Below, in pieces: positions 13,177-26,569 of a stretch of DNA of 64,000 bases. The stretch lies in assembly GCA_000388065.2 (NCBI GenBank), contig KB932204.1; one strand, given 5' to 3'. The notes below the pieces were generated by a model, which had not been told where the DNA came from, did no database searches, and saw nothing but the letters and a program-made list of their open reading frames with translations. Made by a program: the position numbers and the translations under genes. The DNA comes from Fonticula alba ATCC 38817 (taxonomy: Eukaryota > Protista > Nucleariida). The number at the start of each line of letters is the position of its first letter. Within the stretch, counting starts at the first letter, position 1.

Positions 13177-14422
13177 GAGAGAGTAGATAGTGTTGGGGAC
13201 CGGCCGGGAGGGGGGGAGGGCGCCGAGAAGCAGCGCATCCCCCCCCCCCCCTCTCCATCCATGACCCTGCCTCTGACTTGCTTTGGATGCCGATACCCAT
13301 GTGTGAGCCCATGGCGCAATCCTACGTCAAAAGAAATATATCCGATTTTGGGAGGTGCCTCCAGCTCCAGCCGGGGAAGGGAGGGGGACCCGGGTCTCCT
13401 GGGGTCATTCCGTCGTTGCCGCGCGCGCGGATTTCGGACACGAACCGGCGATGGGGGGGGGGGGGGGAGAGATCCCGACCGAAAGAACAGGATTGGGGCA
13501 TCCACCAGCAAGGGAGGGGGTGCCAGGGCGGCTCTCGGGTTGGGCAGGACGTTCTGGAGAGCCGGCGAGCGTGGGGGAACAACATATGTGCCAATCCAAG
13601 ACATGTCCCAACGCAACGCCGGGGAATCTGAGATGGATCAGATCAGTCTGGGAGTGCTTGACTTTTATACCGACGGGGCCGAGGTGTTCGGCCGGGGGCC
13701 GGCGAGGAAGGCCATCCTGAGTCATTGCACCTTCCCGGGCTCCGGAAGAGGGCCCAGGTCTGGGCGGTGGCCCGTGAGCGCTTTCCCGGAGCTGCCTCCG
13801 CCCGACATGCGCTGCGTTGGCGCGGGACTCTGACCCAAGAATAGGGGCCTGCCTCCGGTCGGGTGGGCAAGGCCGGAGGACTGAGGTATCCCCCGAGCTG
13901 AAGATCACTCTCCGTCGGGAGGGGGGGAAGAAGCGCCCGGCGGCGATGCTGTACTGGACGACCTAATCCCCCAGGGGCCTCCTCCTCCTCGGGGCATTTT
14001 GCCGTCTCTGCTGCCCACAAACCCCCCCCCCTCCCACACTGTTCACCCGGACTCCTGTGCTTCAGGGTGACCGGAAGGCGCGCGAAAGGCGCCCCCCCTC
14101 CCGGCCCCTCTTCTGGCCGCCTCGCCCCTCTACGAATCAACAGACGCCCCACACACCACGCCATCCCCCCCCCCCGGAAGAACACACACACACACACACA
14201 CACGGACACCCAGCAGGCGAGGGGAAGAGAACAATCGAGAGGAGCACATGGATGTATGCTGTTACAGCTGGGATAGAGCGAGAGAGGGAGGGAGGCGCGC
14301 ACAGGGAGGAGGCACCACACAAAAAAAGCGGAGCTGCCTCGGGTTTATATCAACACAAGAGGGAAATGTGTGTGAGAGGGTGATAGTAGTAGTACACGGG
14401 GCACGACGACACACGCGGGCAT

Positions 14423-16002
14423 TTAAGCACGGGGCTTCTCACGCTTCTCGGTGAACAGGGACCAGAGGGAGACACCGGCGACCTTGACGACCTTGAAGCG
14501 GACACCGGGCAGATCACCAACGGACATACCGGAACGACCGAAACCGGCGATGAGGACCTCATCCTGCGGGGGAGAGAAAGGGGAGAGAGGGGGAAAGGAG
14601 GGGACATGTCAGAGGGAGCGCGGCTCGGTCGACCGTGTGGGGGTCTCTCGCATCGCGGAGGGCGCGCGCGGGGAGAGGATATGCGACGGGCATCCGGCCG
14701 AGAGGCCACCCCCTCCAGGAAGGGATATCCAGCAAGCCATCTGTGCTCCTGGGAGGGGGGCCGCGCGCGCGCGGCAGCAGCAAGCGGAGGAAGGGGTGGG
14801 ATACGCACGTTCTCCTCGATGTAGTTCATGGTACCATCATAGGGGACGAAAGCGGTGACCTTCTTGGAGTTCTTGATGAGCTGGACACGAGCACACTTAC
14901 GAATGGCAGAGTTGGGCTGCTTGGACTCGACACCGCTGTGGAAAGGGAAGAACAGGGGGGGGAGAAGACACATGAGGTTAGGGTCGCGCTGGTTTGGCGA
15001 AGGGGGGGCGGCAGGAGGAGACATGGCGCGCTAACAGGCGATCCCCTTCTCCTCTCTCGCCCGCGCTCGCTACGATGCGCGGTTGGAGAGGTGAAAGGGT
15101 TTCCGAGGGGTAAGGGGTGAAAAGGGGCGGAAAGGCGGACGTACATCTTCTCGATGACGATACCCTTAGCGTGGGAGGTACCCTGGAAGGGAGAGTGCTT
15201 GAAGATGGTGCCGAGGGCGTGCTTCTTCCACTTCTTGTCGGCCCACTTGTTGATGCGACGGTTGTTGCGAAGCTGACGAGCAGCATTGATACCGCGGGGC
15301 TTGCAGCTACCTGCTCGATGGGAAGGACGAGTAGTCAGTATCGGCCGGAGGCAGCCATGGAAAGGGGAAAGCGCAAGCAGCGCGGCGAGGAGGCCTCCCC
15401 CTGCGTCTGGAGGTCGACACCAAGGAGGCGGGCGTGTGATAGGGAGACCCCAGCCCTCAGAAGATGCACGAGCGAGAGCGTCGGATTCAGGATGCATCCG
15501 ACAAGCCACAGCCACCAGGGACATTGAAAGGCGACGGCGTGCGGGCAGGTGTGACACACATCCCCGCGGACGGTGCGCCTCCCTCTCCTCCCCCCGCATA
15601 ATAATGGGGACACCCCCGGAGGCCGGGCCGGGGGCCGGGATGCGGGGCGAAGGACACTGGTGTTCATCCACACCAGGGGGGGGAGGAGGAGGGGAGGGCG
15701 TCCTGCGTGAAGAGGGTCACAGAGCCGTGTACATCATAGCGCACAATCGTCCAAGGGGGGGCAGGGCAGGAAGGAGTCGTCGCTGAGGGGAGGAGGGGTA
15801 GGGCGCGGGCTCGGCGGTGACGACCAAGACCGACACATCACAGCAAGCATCTCCTCGGTGTCGGCCGACAGGGTGGGGAAGGGAGGAGACGGGCGGAAAG
15901 AGGGGCGGCGGAGGGGAGAGAGGGCGGGAGAGGGGGAGGCAATCGGTGCACGGCAGGGAGGTGCAACGGCTGCGGGAGGCGAGCGCGTATGAACGGACCC
16001 AT
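14423..16002 (-). CDS. RPS23: 40S ribosomal protein S23 (uS12); exon 1 is ATG+G only
   Basis: MG|[25 protein letters not shown]...[41 protein letters not shown]...[18 protein letters not shown]...KREKPRA*. Confidence 0.96.
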
Positions 16003-19000
16003 GATGACGGATTACTTGGATTGTAAGAGTAAAAAAACCAAAACAAACCAGGTGAGAGGCCCCATCCTCCGGGTGTGGCGGGCGGCTGGGCGCCAGAAAA
16101 ATGGCCCATCGCAGCCCCGGGCGCTCGGCCACCGAGAGTCCGAACCCAGGAGGATGGGGGGGGGGGCGGGAGGGNNNNNNNNNNNNNNNNNNNNNNNNNN
16201 NNNNNNNNNNNNNNNNNNNNNNNNNNNNNNNNNNNNNNNNNNNNNNNNNNNNNNNNNNNNNNNNNNNNNNNNNNNNNNNNNNNNNNNNNNNNNNNNNNNN
16301 NNNNNNNNNNNNNNNNNNNNNNNNNNNNNNNNNNNNNNNNNNNNNNNNNNNNNNNNNNNNNNNNNNNNNNNNNNNNNNNNNNNNNNNNNNNNNNNNNNNN
16401 NNNNNNNNNNNNNNNNNNNNNNNNNNNNNNNNNNNNNNNNNNCCCCCCCCCCCCGCCCGTCCCCCCCTCCCTCCACTCCCTGGACCCGAGCACAGAGGGC
16501 GAACCACATCGGTCCTCTGGCCCAAGGTCACCAAAGAGGCCAACGGAGCATGTGTAATTCGTGCTCCTCTCTCGCGCCGGAGGTGTCCGGCACAACCGCC
16601 GTAAGGCATGAAACAGGCCGCCCCCGTGTCCTTCTCTCCGGAGGGGGCCTCTCCCCTGGCAGGGCACCGCCCTTCGACACGGCCCTTGGGGCCCTCCCTC
16701 GTGCGATGCGCTGGACGGGCAACAGCCTGGCGAAAGAGCGGCAAGGAGAGGGGGGCGGGCCAAAGGAAGAGAAGGAGGTCCGGCAAGATGCAGAAGGCGG
16801 GGCTATGCAACCGGCCAGGGCCGGGGGGGGATGGACAGCGGGAAGAAGGACGCGTGATTGAATGGCGCTCCTTTGTCCAGCATGTGCCCCGGAGGAAGCG
16901 CAGGTATTTTCGAAGCAAAAAACCTCCTCCCATTCTCACATATTGGATATTTTGCGCGCGGAATATTCCCCGATTTGTTGTCTTTTCCTCCGGGCTTCTG
17001 GCCCGGGAGGCGCGGCGCCATCAACGGCCCATTGTCAGACCATCCCCGGCCTTGGGCGTGGAGGAGAGGCTGAGGCCATTTTATCCTAGGGGCACCCCGA
17101 GCCCCATAATAACCAAGCGAGTTACAAGCAGCACGTACTCCCCTTCCGCGAGATACTCGGTTATTCCAAAATAGCGTTCTTCGCTGGGAGAACGCGGAAT
17201 TGGGCGCACCCAAGAGGCCGCCGGACGCAGGGCCATCACGGAAGCCGAACAGGGGGGGCGCGTGCGCGCGGAGTTGCCGATCTGCCTCTTGGCTGGGTCC
17301 AGGCGAGAAAGGGGGCCCCCTATTTGGGAACCTCCTCTGGTAGTGGAGGCTTTGAGGCTAAGCGTGTTGAAGAGTATGTGAAAGCATCCCCCGAAGCCCC
17401 TGGCCCCCGGCTGCAACCACCTGTTCTGTTGGGGCCTCCTGTCGAGCCCGCCTTGCTACCCGAGGTGATTGCCATTTTTGCTTGCCCACTAGCTCGTCCA
17501 CGACCGAGCGACCGCGCTCATCCTTTCGGGCCACAGTATGTGCCGGTTCGGTATGCCCCACCTCTGTGCGCAGAGTAATTTCTAACCGGTAGCCGATTTC
17601 CGACACAGCTGCCGTCAAAGTTTCGCTCCTTTGACATTAGACTGGGTCGGCGAGGGCCCTGCTACCATTATGCAAGCGCCTCACACGTCCGGACGTTCGT
17701 TAGGAGTCCTCCGATGGTGGCACTTTTGCTGGGAGGCGGGGAGGGGAGCATTTTGCACCGGGAACGAGGGTCTGCCGCCTTCCTGCTTGGGGGGATTCTG
17801 TGTGGTGCTTCACACGTCCGGTGCCCTTGACTCGTTCGCCGCCTGTGCATGTGGCGAAGCCCTAAACTGGGTCGCGTGTGTGTCCCTGGTCAATTAACAT
17901 CACCGAGACACCCACCCGCCACATGCCCAAGGGCAAGGATTGCGGGTCCGTTGTCACTGACTGACTGGACAGACGGCAAGGAGAGCCGGCCGGGGCGTGA
18001 GGGGGGGGGGAGCATCGACCGGCGGTCGATGCCCCGGTGAGCCGCCCTCTGCCGACGGATGCATGTGCGTTTGTCCCCTCGCAGCAGGGGTCGTTGCTTG
18101 ACACCGGCTTGCGGCTTGTGGGGGGGGGGGGGTGCTGGAAGGGGCATCGTGTTCCGGCTTGAGGCCCGGTGGCAGGGAGGCCCCGTTGGCAAGCGCCGCG
18201 GCCCCTCCCCCCGGCGCCTCCCGGGGCTGGGAGCGAAGGCGCCGGTCAGATGTCGGGGGGGGCGGGGGGGGGGGGGGGGGGATTTGCACCACACACCGGC
18301 CCAGGGCGGACATGCGCGCGACATGGCGGCGACGATGCGCGGCGGCTTCCCGCCTCGCTCTCCCTCGTCCCTCAGTTTGACCGCTGCTCTCCCCCACCCC
18401 CCACGGGGCAGATGTGCTTGAGGGATTTTCTCCTGGCCCCGCCCTCCGAGAAGGGGGGGGTCAATCACGGCACCTCTTTCTGCGGGGGATCAGGGCGGGG
18501 AAGTGCCAACTGTCGTGCGAGGCGCGACCGTCTGCCGGCAGATCGCGTCCCTGCGGGGCTCCCCCCGGGGGGGGGGGGGGCAAGATTGACACAGGCGCCC
18601 GCTGGCGCCGGGCCGGGGGGCCTGCCCCAGTCAATGGTCGGCTCTTCCCGAGAGCAGGGAGGGATGGGACCCGGGAGCGCGTGCAGGACAGACCCGGCGC
18701 ACCGGTTTGTCGCCCTCTCTTCACGAGGGCCGCGGCCCAGGGAAGTCGGGATTTTTGTCCCCATCGCCCTGGAGTTTTTCCTGGCCGGCAGGGCGGCGAC
18801 GGGGGGGGGGAGCGCGGGCAGAGAGGGGACCGGAGGAGCCTATTCCCTTTTGCGGCCGGCCGGCGGGGTGACCGGGTGCGGGGGGCCCTCCTCGGTGTAC
18901 TTGGCTCGGGCTTGGCGGGCCTTCCAGGTCTGAGGTGGCTGGTGACACACCGCCACACGTCTGTGCCCTGCCGGTGGCGTTCCTCCCCCCCCCCCTCTCG

Positions 19001-19964
19001 CGGTCGGTGGTCCGAGGCCGGCGGCAGCCAGGGGCGAGGGGCCGGCGCCGCCACCGGCGTAGTTGAGCCATGAACGTGGCCTGCCTCGCGCGCGCTTTTT
19101 CGTTCCCCTCGCGGGCGGGAGTGGGAGTGGTCGTCCGCACGCTCACCGCCTTCCCCCCCCCCGCCCGGCCCATCTTCACCACAGCCGCGGACCGCGCCTC
19201 GGAACGGGTCGCCCCCCCCCCCGACCGGGGAGGGCAAGTTCATGACAACGGCCGGACTTACCTTTTTATTGGCTGGGGGCGTGGCGTGTGCGTAGGTGGA
19301 CCCGTGCGGTGTGTGACGCGTGCGTGTCCGGATTTGGCAGCACCCCAAGAGCGCAGGTTGGTCTGCCTCCGCCCCCCCCCCCCCGCCCCCCCTGGCCGGA
19401 AGGCGGGGGCCACGCCTGGGCTGCAGCCCAGACGCGGCCTGGAGACAGGGACATCTGCGCCCCGGCCGGGGTGCAGCCGTTTCCGATGCCAAGAGCGCCG
19501 ACTTGGCTTTGGTCCATCCGCCCTGCGGGGCTGGCGGGGCGCCACACACGGACGCATGCCGATGTGCCTTTGCGTGGACCGGGACAGCCGGCGGCCTCGC
19601 GGCCCTGTCGGCCAAGCCGATGCTCATCCAGGCCCACGGGCACACATTCACAGGTACCCCAGCCTCCTGGGCGACCACCGCGAGGGAGAGAGGGGCAGGG
19701 GCTGAGTCATCTGGCAGCCCGCCCGACGAGGCTGTCCGCCCGCAGAGGCAGGAGGGGCCCTCTGGCGCCCGGACACTCTCCCCCAGGGTGGAAGAAGGGG
19801 CGCCGCCGGGCAGGCCGCGCCGGCCGTCTCTCGGGGTGCAGGGGCTCGGCTATATTGTCCGTGTGTGACCGACAGGCCGGCTATTCCGAGGCAGCCAGCG
19901 CGGGCAAATGTGCATCTACGCCGCGCGGCGAGGGGCACCACGCCCCCCCCCCCCCCCCCCCCCC

Positions 19965-20808
19965 NNNNNNNNNNNNNNNNNNNNNNNNNNNNNNNNNNNN
20001 NNNNNNNNNNNNNNNNNNNNNNNNNNNNNNNNNNNNNNNNNNNNNNNNNNNNNNNNNNNNNNNNNNNNNNNNNNNNNNNNNNNNNNNNNNNNNNNNNNNN
20101 NNNNNNNNNNNNNNNNNNNNNNNNNNNNNNNNNNNNNNNNNNNNNNNNNNNNNNNNNNNNNNNNNNNNNNNNNNNNNNNNNNNNNNNNNNNNNNNNNNNN
20201 NNNNNNNNNNNNNNNNNNNNNNNNNNNNNNNNNNNNNNNNNNNNNNNNNNNNNNNNNNNNNNNNNNNNNNNNNNNNNNNNNNNNNNNNNNNNNNNNNNNN
20301 NNNNNNNNNNNNNNNNNNNNNNNNNNNNNNNNNNNNNNNNNNNNNNNNNNNNNNNNNNNNNNNNNNNNNNNNNNNNNNNNNNNNNNNNNNNNNNNNNNNN
20401 NNNNNNNNNNNNNNNNNNNNNNNNNNNNNNNNNNNNNNNNNNNNNNNNNNNNNNNNNNNNNNNNNNNNNNNNNNNNNNNNNNNNNNNNNNNNNNNNNNNN
20501 NNNNNNNNNNNNNNNNNNNNNNNNNNNNNNNNNNNNNNNNNNNNNNNNNNNNNNNNNNNNNNNNNNNNNNNNNNNNNNNNNNNNNNNNNNNNNNNNNNNN
20601 NNNNNNNNNNNNNNNNNNNNNNNNNNNNNNNNNNNNNNNNNNNNNNNNNNNNNNNNNNNNNNNNNNNNNNNNNNNNNNNNNNNNNNNNNNNNNNNNNNNN
20701 NNNNNNNNNNNNNNNNNNNNNNNNNNNNNNNNNNNNNNNNNNNNNNNNNNNNNNNNNNNNNNNNNNNNNNNNNNNNNNNNNNNNNNNNNNNNNNNNNNNN
20801 NNNNNNNN
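19965..20808. other. Largest assembly gap; others at 10054-10084, 16175-16442, 21789-22128, 32708-32930, 35664-35673, 38853-38936, 41004-41013, 41788-41797, 60911-61222
   Basis: N runs, most flanked by G/C homopolymers or microsatellites. Confidence 1.
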
Positions 20809-22360
20809 GCGGTGCGGTGGTTTCCTGCCTGGCGGGCAGTGTGCGTCCCGCCCCCCCGCCTCCCCGCCCCCCTCGGCTCCCTCACCAGATGCTCGGTCGG
20901 CGACCCCGGGTACCCCACCCCGGGTTGGGGGCACCCCACGATTTGGCCCGCGCCCTTTTCCTTCGCCCGCGCGCGCGCGCGAAAAGGGGGGCGAGTAGCG
21001 CGCTGCCGGCGGGCGCACTTTTTTAGCACCGGAGCAAGTTGTGGGCATTTTATGCGCATGCTCCCCTCGCCCAAGAATACATCTCCAGTTGCGGCTGGCA
21101 AGTCGACCCCACCTGCCGGTGTGTCGGCATGGCGTCGTCTCCCGACCTTTGGTTCCCGTGCCTCCAGGTGCAGGCGCCCAGGGACATGCCAGATCTGGTC
21201 CGGGGCGGGGAGCGGGGGAGGGGGGGCGGGCGGGCGGGCGGGCGGGCGGGCGGGCCCGGCCGCGGCTCCCTCGCCGCCCAGGGGGATCCGATGCCGCCTG
21301 CCCTGGGGCGCCCAAGTGCTTGATTTTCCCGCTCGCCAGGCCTCTCGCGCCGCGGCTTCGTGGCTGCGGGCCACGTTGGCACCCCCGGACAATGGTTGCC
21401 AGGGCGCAGGAGGCGGGGCCACGCACAGTGTGTCCACATGCTGATACGCACATGTGCACAAATACGCATATGTATTCATCCGGCGCTCGCTCGCACGCAC
21501 GTACGCACGCCCGGCTGGCCACACCCACGCTGGCATACACGGGCAGACCGAGGGAGCAAAATACACTTGCGTGCACACAGACACCCACAGTCGCCGGCGC
21601 GAGGGCCCCTCTGCCGCGATGGGTCCCCAAGGGCCTTCGAGACCGCGGAGGCGCACCTCACCCAGCCCCCCTACCCAGGCGGGCGCGGACGCTTGTTCCC
21701 CGCCCGGCGCACCCACCCGACAAGCGCACCGCAGAAGGGTTGGTTATAGGTATTCCCCCGCCCCCCGGGTCCCGCCCCCCCCCTCCACNNNNNNNNNNNN
21801 NNNNNNNNNNNNNNNNNNNNNNNNNNNNNNNNNNNNNNNNNNNNNNNNNNNNNNNNNNNNNNNNNNNNNNNNNNNNNNNNNNNNNNNNNNNNNNNNNNNN
21901 NNNNNNNNNNNNNNNNNNNNNNNNNNNNNNNNNNNNNNNNNNNNNNNNNNNNNNNNNNNNNNNNNNNNNNNNNNNNNNNNNNNNNNNNNNNNNNNNNNNN
22001 NNNNNNNNNNNNNNNNNNNNNNNNNNNNNNNNNNNNNNNNNNNNNNNNNNNNNNNNNNNNNNNNNNNNNNNNNNNNNNNNNNNNNNNNNNNNNNNNNNNN
22101 NNNNNNNNNNNNNNNNNNNNNNNNNNNNCACACACACACACGCACACACGCACACAGAGACTTGCACGCGCACATTCGCGAGGTCCCTGCCGGTTTCTCC
22201 AATCAAATGCCAGCTTGCAGGTTCTCGCCGGATCGACTGGGCGCCAAACCACATTTCCCCTCCCCCCCTCTTCTCATCCCTGCTACTCCCCTTCCTGCCA
22301 CGCACACACACACACACACACGCACTTTCTCCCCCTCCCCCTCCCCCCTTGCCCGGCCAG

Positions 22361-25300
22361 ATGTCTGGGCCCTCCTCACCGACCGCCGGGGCGGCAGGCC
22401 TGGCGCCTACGCTACCGACTATCACCACGGTTGTGGTGGACGCCACGGTGTCGGCCACCCCTCAGGCCGGCGACGCTGACAACTCCCCCCTCAGTCGGCC
22501 CTCCTCGTTTGGATCGTTTCATGGAACGAGCAGCCCTTGCTCGGACTTCCCCCCGCACTCGGCCTCCTCCTCAATCGGGTCCTTCGTGCAGGTCACACAT
22601 CCCGAGTCACCGACCGAGGCCGCCGGGTCCGGGTCCTCGCGGGACTCCTCACCGGACAGTCCACTCCCGGCTCTGCTGCCATTGGCCTTTGGCTCGCGGT
22701 CGCGATTGACCGAAAGCCCGCGCGCCTCGCCGATTCACCTGCGCCGGTCCATGTCCTCCATCTCTTCCACCGGCAGCGAGCGGCCTCTGAGCATGTCCGG
22801 TGGCCGGCTGCCCGGCAGCAGCACCGATGACTTGCTCTTTGGCGCGAGTGGCACTCACGGGGCTTCCTCGCGGCCAGTGAGTGCCATGCTCAGTGACAGC
22901 ACCTCGGTTCGGAGTGACTCCAGCATCGACCCCTCCGCGGCCACCACCCCTGGCGGAGATTCTTCCATGTTCATCGGTACCGTGCACAACAGCCCCCCGA
23001 TGTCCGGCGACCATGTCCCCTTGAATGCCAATGGAGCTGAGCTCCTACCCGGCCAGGGTGCCGGCCCCCCGCCGAAGCCGGCCATCGCCCTGGCTCTGAC
23101 CGACTACCTCGGTGAGACTCTGGATTGCCTGCAGTTCCTCAAGGGCGAGCGCATCCGGGTGTTTGGCCGCGCCGGTCCTGGTGTCTGGCGAGTGCGTTCT
23201 CTTTCTTGCCTCAGCATTCCCGCTCCCTTGCTGTCTGGCCTGCTTCCTTTTCCCTCCCCCTCTAGATGCCCAACATCCCTCCTGACCCCCTTGCTCTCCT
23301 CTCACCGGGGTGGTGGATTGCTTCGGATGGCAATTCCAGGGCGAGTGCCAGGGCGTGGTCGGAACCTTCCCCGCAGAGCTGGTCCGCCCTCTGGGCAAGG
23401 ACTTCGCCACGCGCTTGGCTGTCTGTGAGAGTCTCCCCGATCGGTATCTCCTGTCGGCGCCATACATGTTTGATCAGCCGCCCGATGATTCTCCCTACCT
23501 CACCTCTTCGGCCGAGGGGGACGGTGAGCCGGATTCCGACACGCGTGCCACCGGTCGGCCACCACTGCCCCCTGGCCGGTCGCCGAGTCATGGCGTTGAT
23601 GCCGGCGTGGTGCACGAGCGCCTGCGTGATGACCCCGACGAGGATTTCGATGACTTCCTGGTGGTGGATTCGGTTCGTAGTTTCCTTCCAAAGACGGGGC
23701 ATTGCACGAGACACGGAAAGTAGGGTCGGAGGGGGGGTGGGGGGGTGGGGGTCGAGGTGGCGGAGCGACGACGACTGCCGGCAATTCGGGCCCCCCATAA
23801 CCGGTCCGACGACTGACCTTACCCCTCTGCTTGCCCATGCAGATGGAGCGCTATCGCACGCTCTCTCGGCTGTATGCCACCCAGAATATCCCCCGGCCGC
23901 ATGAGAGCCTCATCCTTCCGGCCAAGTGCGTGATCTACGGCCCGCCACCGAGTCTCGGGCGTGGGTCGCCTGGCAGCCCTGCCAGCCCGAAGAAGAGCCT
24001 GTCGGAGCTGCTGTCGCTGCCCGTGCAGCCCCCCTCCGAGCATCCGGTTGCCCTGGATCCGGACCATGCGCCTCCCATGCCGCTGCTGGTGCTGGCACAC
24101 CCACGAGCTGGTGGCAACCGCGGCGCGCGAGCTCTCCAAGCCTTCCGCAGCCTATTGCACCCGGTGCAGGTGGGTGACCTGACGCAGGGGGGCCCCGAGC
24201 CCTCGCTTCGGCTCTTTTCCTACCTCAATTACTTCCGCGTGCTGGTTTGCGGTGGTGATGGGTCGGTGGCGTGGGTTCTCTCGTCGCTGGATAAGCTTGG
24301 TCTGCTCGGGCGGTGCGAGGTGGCCATTCTGCCGCTCGGCACCGGTAATGACATGGCCCGCGTTCTGGGCTGGGGTCCGGGCTATGACCGACAGAATGTG
24401 CGTTTCCCTCCGGTCCCCCTTATCCTGCCTTTCTTTGCCCACCACTGACCATCCTCTGTTGCATGCTTTCTCCCGATCGCGCGCGCAGTACCGCAAGTTC
24501 CTGGATGCCATCAGCCAGGCACAGCCACGCGAGCTGGACCGCTGGACCGTGCGCCTTGAGAAGTCCGACGGCACCGTCGAAGAGCGTGTTATGAACAATT
24601 ACTTCTCCATCGGGTGCGCCTCGGCTGCTTTGCTCTTCTGCTCCTGTCCTGGTCGACCTTTTTTTTCGCAGCCATGTTAACTTGTGTTTCCTCCCCCCCC
24701 CCCCCCCCTCATCTCCATAACCACGGGCCCCCTCCTCTCCGGTGCTCAAAGCATGAGCGCCAGCATTGCCCTCAACTTCCACGAGGGCCGCACCCGGAAC
24801 CCTGGGCTCTACCAGTCGCGCCTCTTCAACAAAGCCATGTACCTGCTCGATGGCGTGAAGGACTCCCTGACGCGGCCCTCGCGGCGCATCCAGACTCGCG
24901 TGGCCATGCGGCCGGCTCACCCCTCCGAAGAGCAACAGTACTTCGCGGACCCGGATGCCCCGACCTCCATCCTGTCGCCTGATGATCCCACCCTCCTGTC
25001 GATGCCCATCATCCCGGAGATGGCTCTCGACCCTGGGGCCTCCTTCAACATGGTGCATAGCCTGAGCGATCTGTCACTGCCTGCTGGCGGTGGTGGCGCC
25101 AGCAGCGGGCACACATCTGCTGCGGGTGGCTCGGCGGTGACCACTCCGCTGGCTGGGGCCATGGCCGTGACCGCCTCAGCGCCGGCCCCCATCGCCGAGG
25201 GGGGCACCCCCCGCGCCGGCGGAGCCTACTCGATGCCGGTGACATCGGCCTCGGAGTCGGCACTCCTCACGGCTGGTGGTGACGCCGGGGCCGGGGAGGA

Positions 25301-26569
25301 CGGCACCGCTCCTGGTGGATCTGCATCAACCGGGGTCCTGATGCGCAAGCCCCGGTCCGCGTCCTCGGCTTCATCGTCACGCCCACCGAGCGATGGCAGC
25401 GACGATCTGTCCGACTCGGAGGCCGTCCCGCTAACCACCTGGCTGGATCTGCCCGACAGCGAGGATTTGGTCATGATGAACATCAATAGGTATGTGTGTT
25501 AATTGGCCCCCCCCCCCCCCCCTCCCCTCCCCGGTGTTGTGGGGGCACCCTCCTTCTCTTTGTCCCCTGTGTAAGACACCCTCGGGAGACATGAATTACT
25601 TACCCACACAACCATGGCTCCCACGTCCACTCCTCCCCCTCCGGATTGCCGTCCATTTTCCGGTGCGATCTCTGTGCTCCGATGTGTAGCTATGCCGCCG
25701 GGATTGTCCTCTGGCGGCAGGACCCCCCGAGTGACATGAGTGATGGACAATTCGAGGTGGTTGCGGTCGGCAGCTCGGCACACCTGGGCAGCATCAAAGT
25801 CGGCCTGGCCAGGTCGAATCACATTGCCCAAATGCGCTCGGTGGTCATTGAGAATCGCAAGAACCAGGCCCTACCGATCCAGCTGGATGGCGAGCCCGAG
25901 AGGGTGGCCTTCCGCCGGGTGATGATTGGCTGGCGTAATCGCGCGCGCATGCTCGAGCGTGCGCCCGGGGTCCCCGGGGTCCCGGCGTATGGCTCCGCGC
26001 CGTCGACTGCCGGGGCCACTGGCGGACCGACTCCCCCCTCGCGTGCGGCCACCTCGCCCGGGGCCCTCTCTCCGACGACAGAGCGGCCCCCGGTGATGCC
26101 CCCGCCGCCATCCCAGCCCGCAGGCCCTGGGACGTCGATGTCGGCACCCGCGTCGACCGGGTCGGGGTCCCTCTCTCTTTCGACAGATGGCGGCTCGCCC
26201 ACGACTGCCGTCACGACGGCCACCGCCGCCCCAGCCGCCCTGCCCCAAATCCAGGTTGACAGCACAGCGACCACCCCCTCGCCATCGGCCAACAGTCCGA
26301 AGATGAGCAGCTTCTCGCGCTTGCGCCGGCGTAGTTCCTTCCTGGCCACGCTGACCGGAGGCAGTGGTACGAGTCTCTCGCCTGCCCCCTCGCCAACGGA
26401 GGCCGCCACACCATCGCCAGTGGTCAGCCCGATCACCGGGTTGGCCATCGGGTCGGCCATGGCCACGCCGTCGCCGCAGCTGGCCACCCCCCGGAGCGGG
26501 GAGGCCGATGATGATAGTGGCGGCGACAGCGATGCCGAGACCGAATCCCTCCTCTCACATCAGCGGTGA
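22361..26569 (+). CDS. Diacylglycerol kinase with an N-terminal SH3 domain; 5' end may be incomplete
   Basis: SH3: ALALTDYLGETLDCLQFLKGERIRV...WR|GECQGVVGTFPAELV. Catalytic domain: VLVCGGDGSVAWVL, ILPLGTGNDMARVLGWG. Accessory domain: LDRW, MNNYFSIG, IALNFHEGRTRNP..YQSRLFNKAMY, NIN|SYAAG, DGQFEVVAV, IQLDGEP. Confidence 0.88.

Noticed and set aside
19288-23428. Very long ORFs in the track spanning N-gaps
   Set aside because: Their length comes from X runs and GC-rich stop-poor sequence; only the part from 22361 (DGK) is credible.
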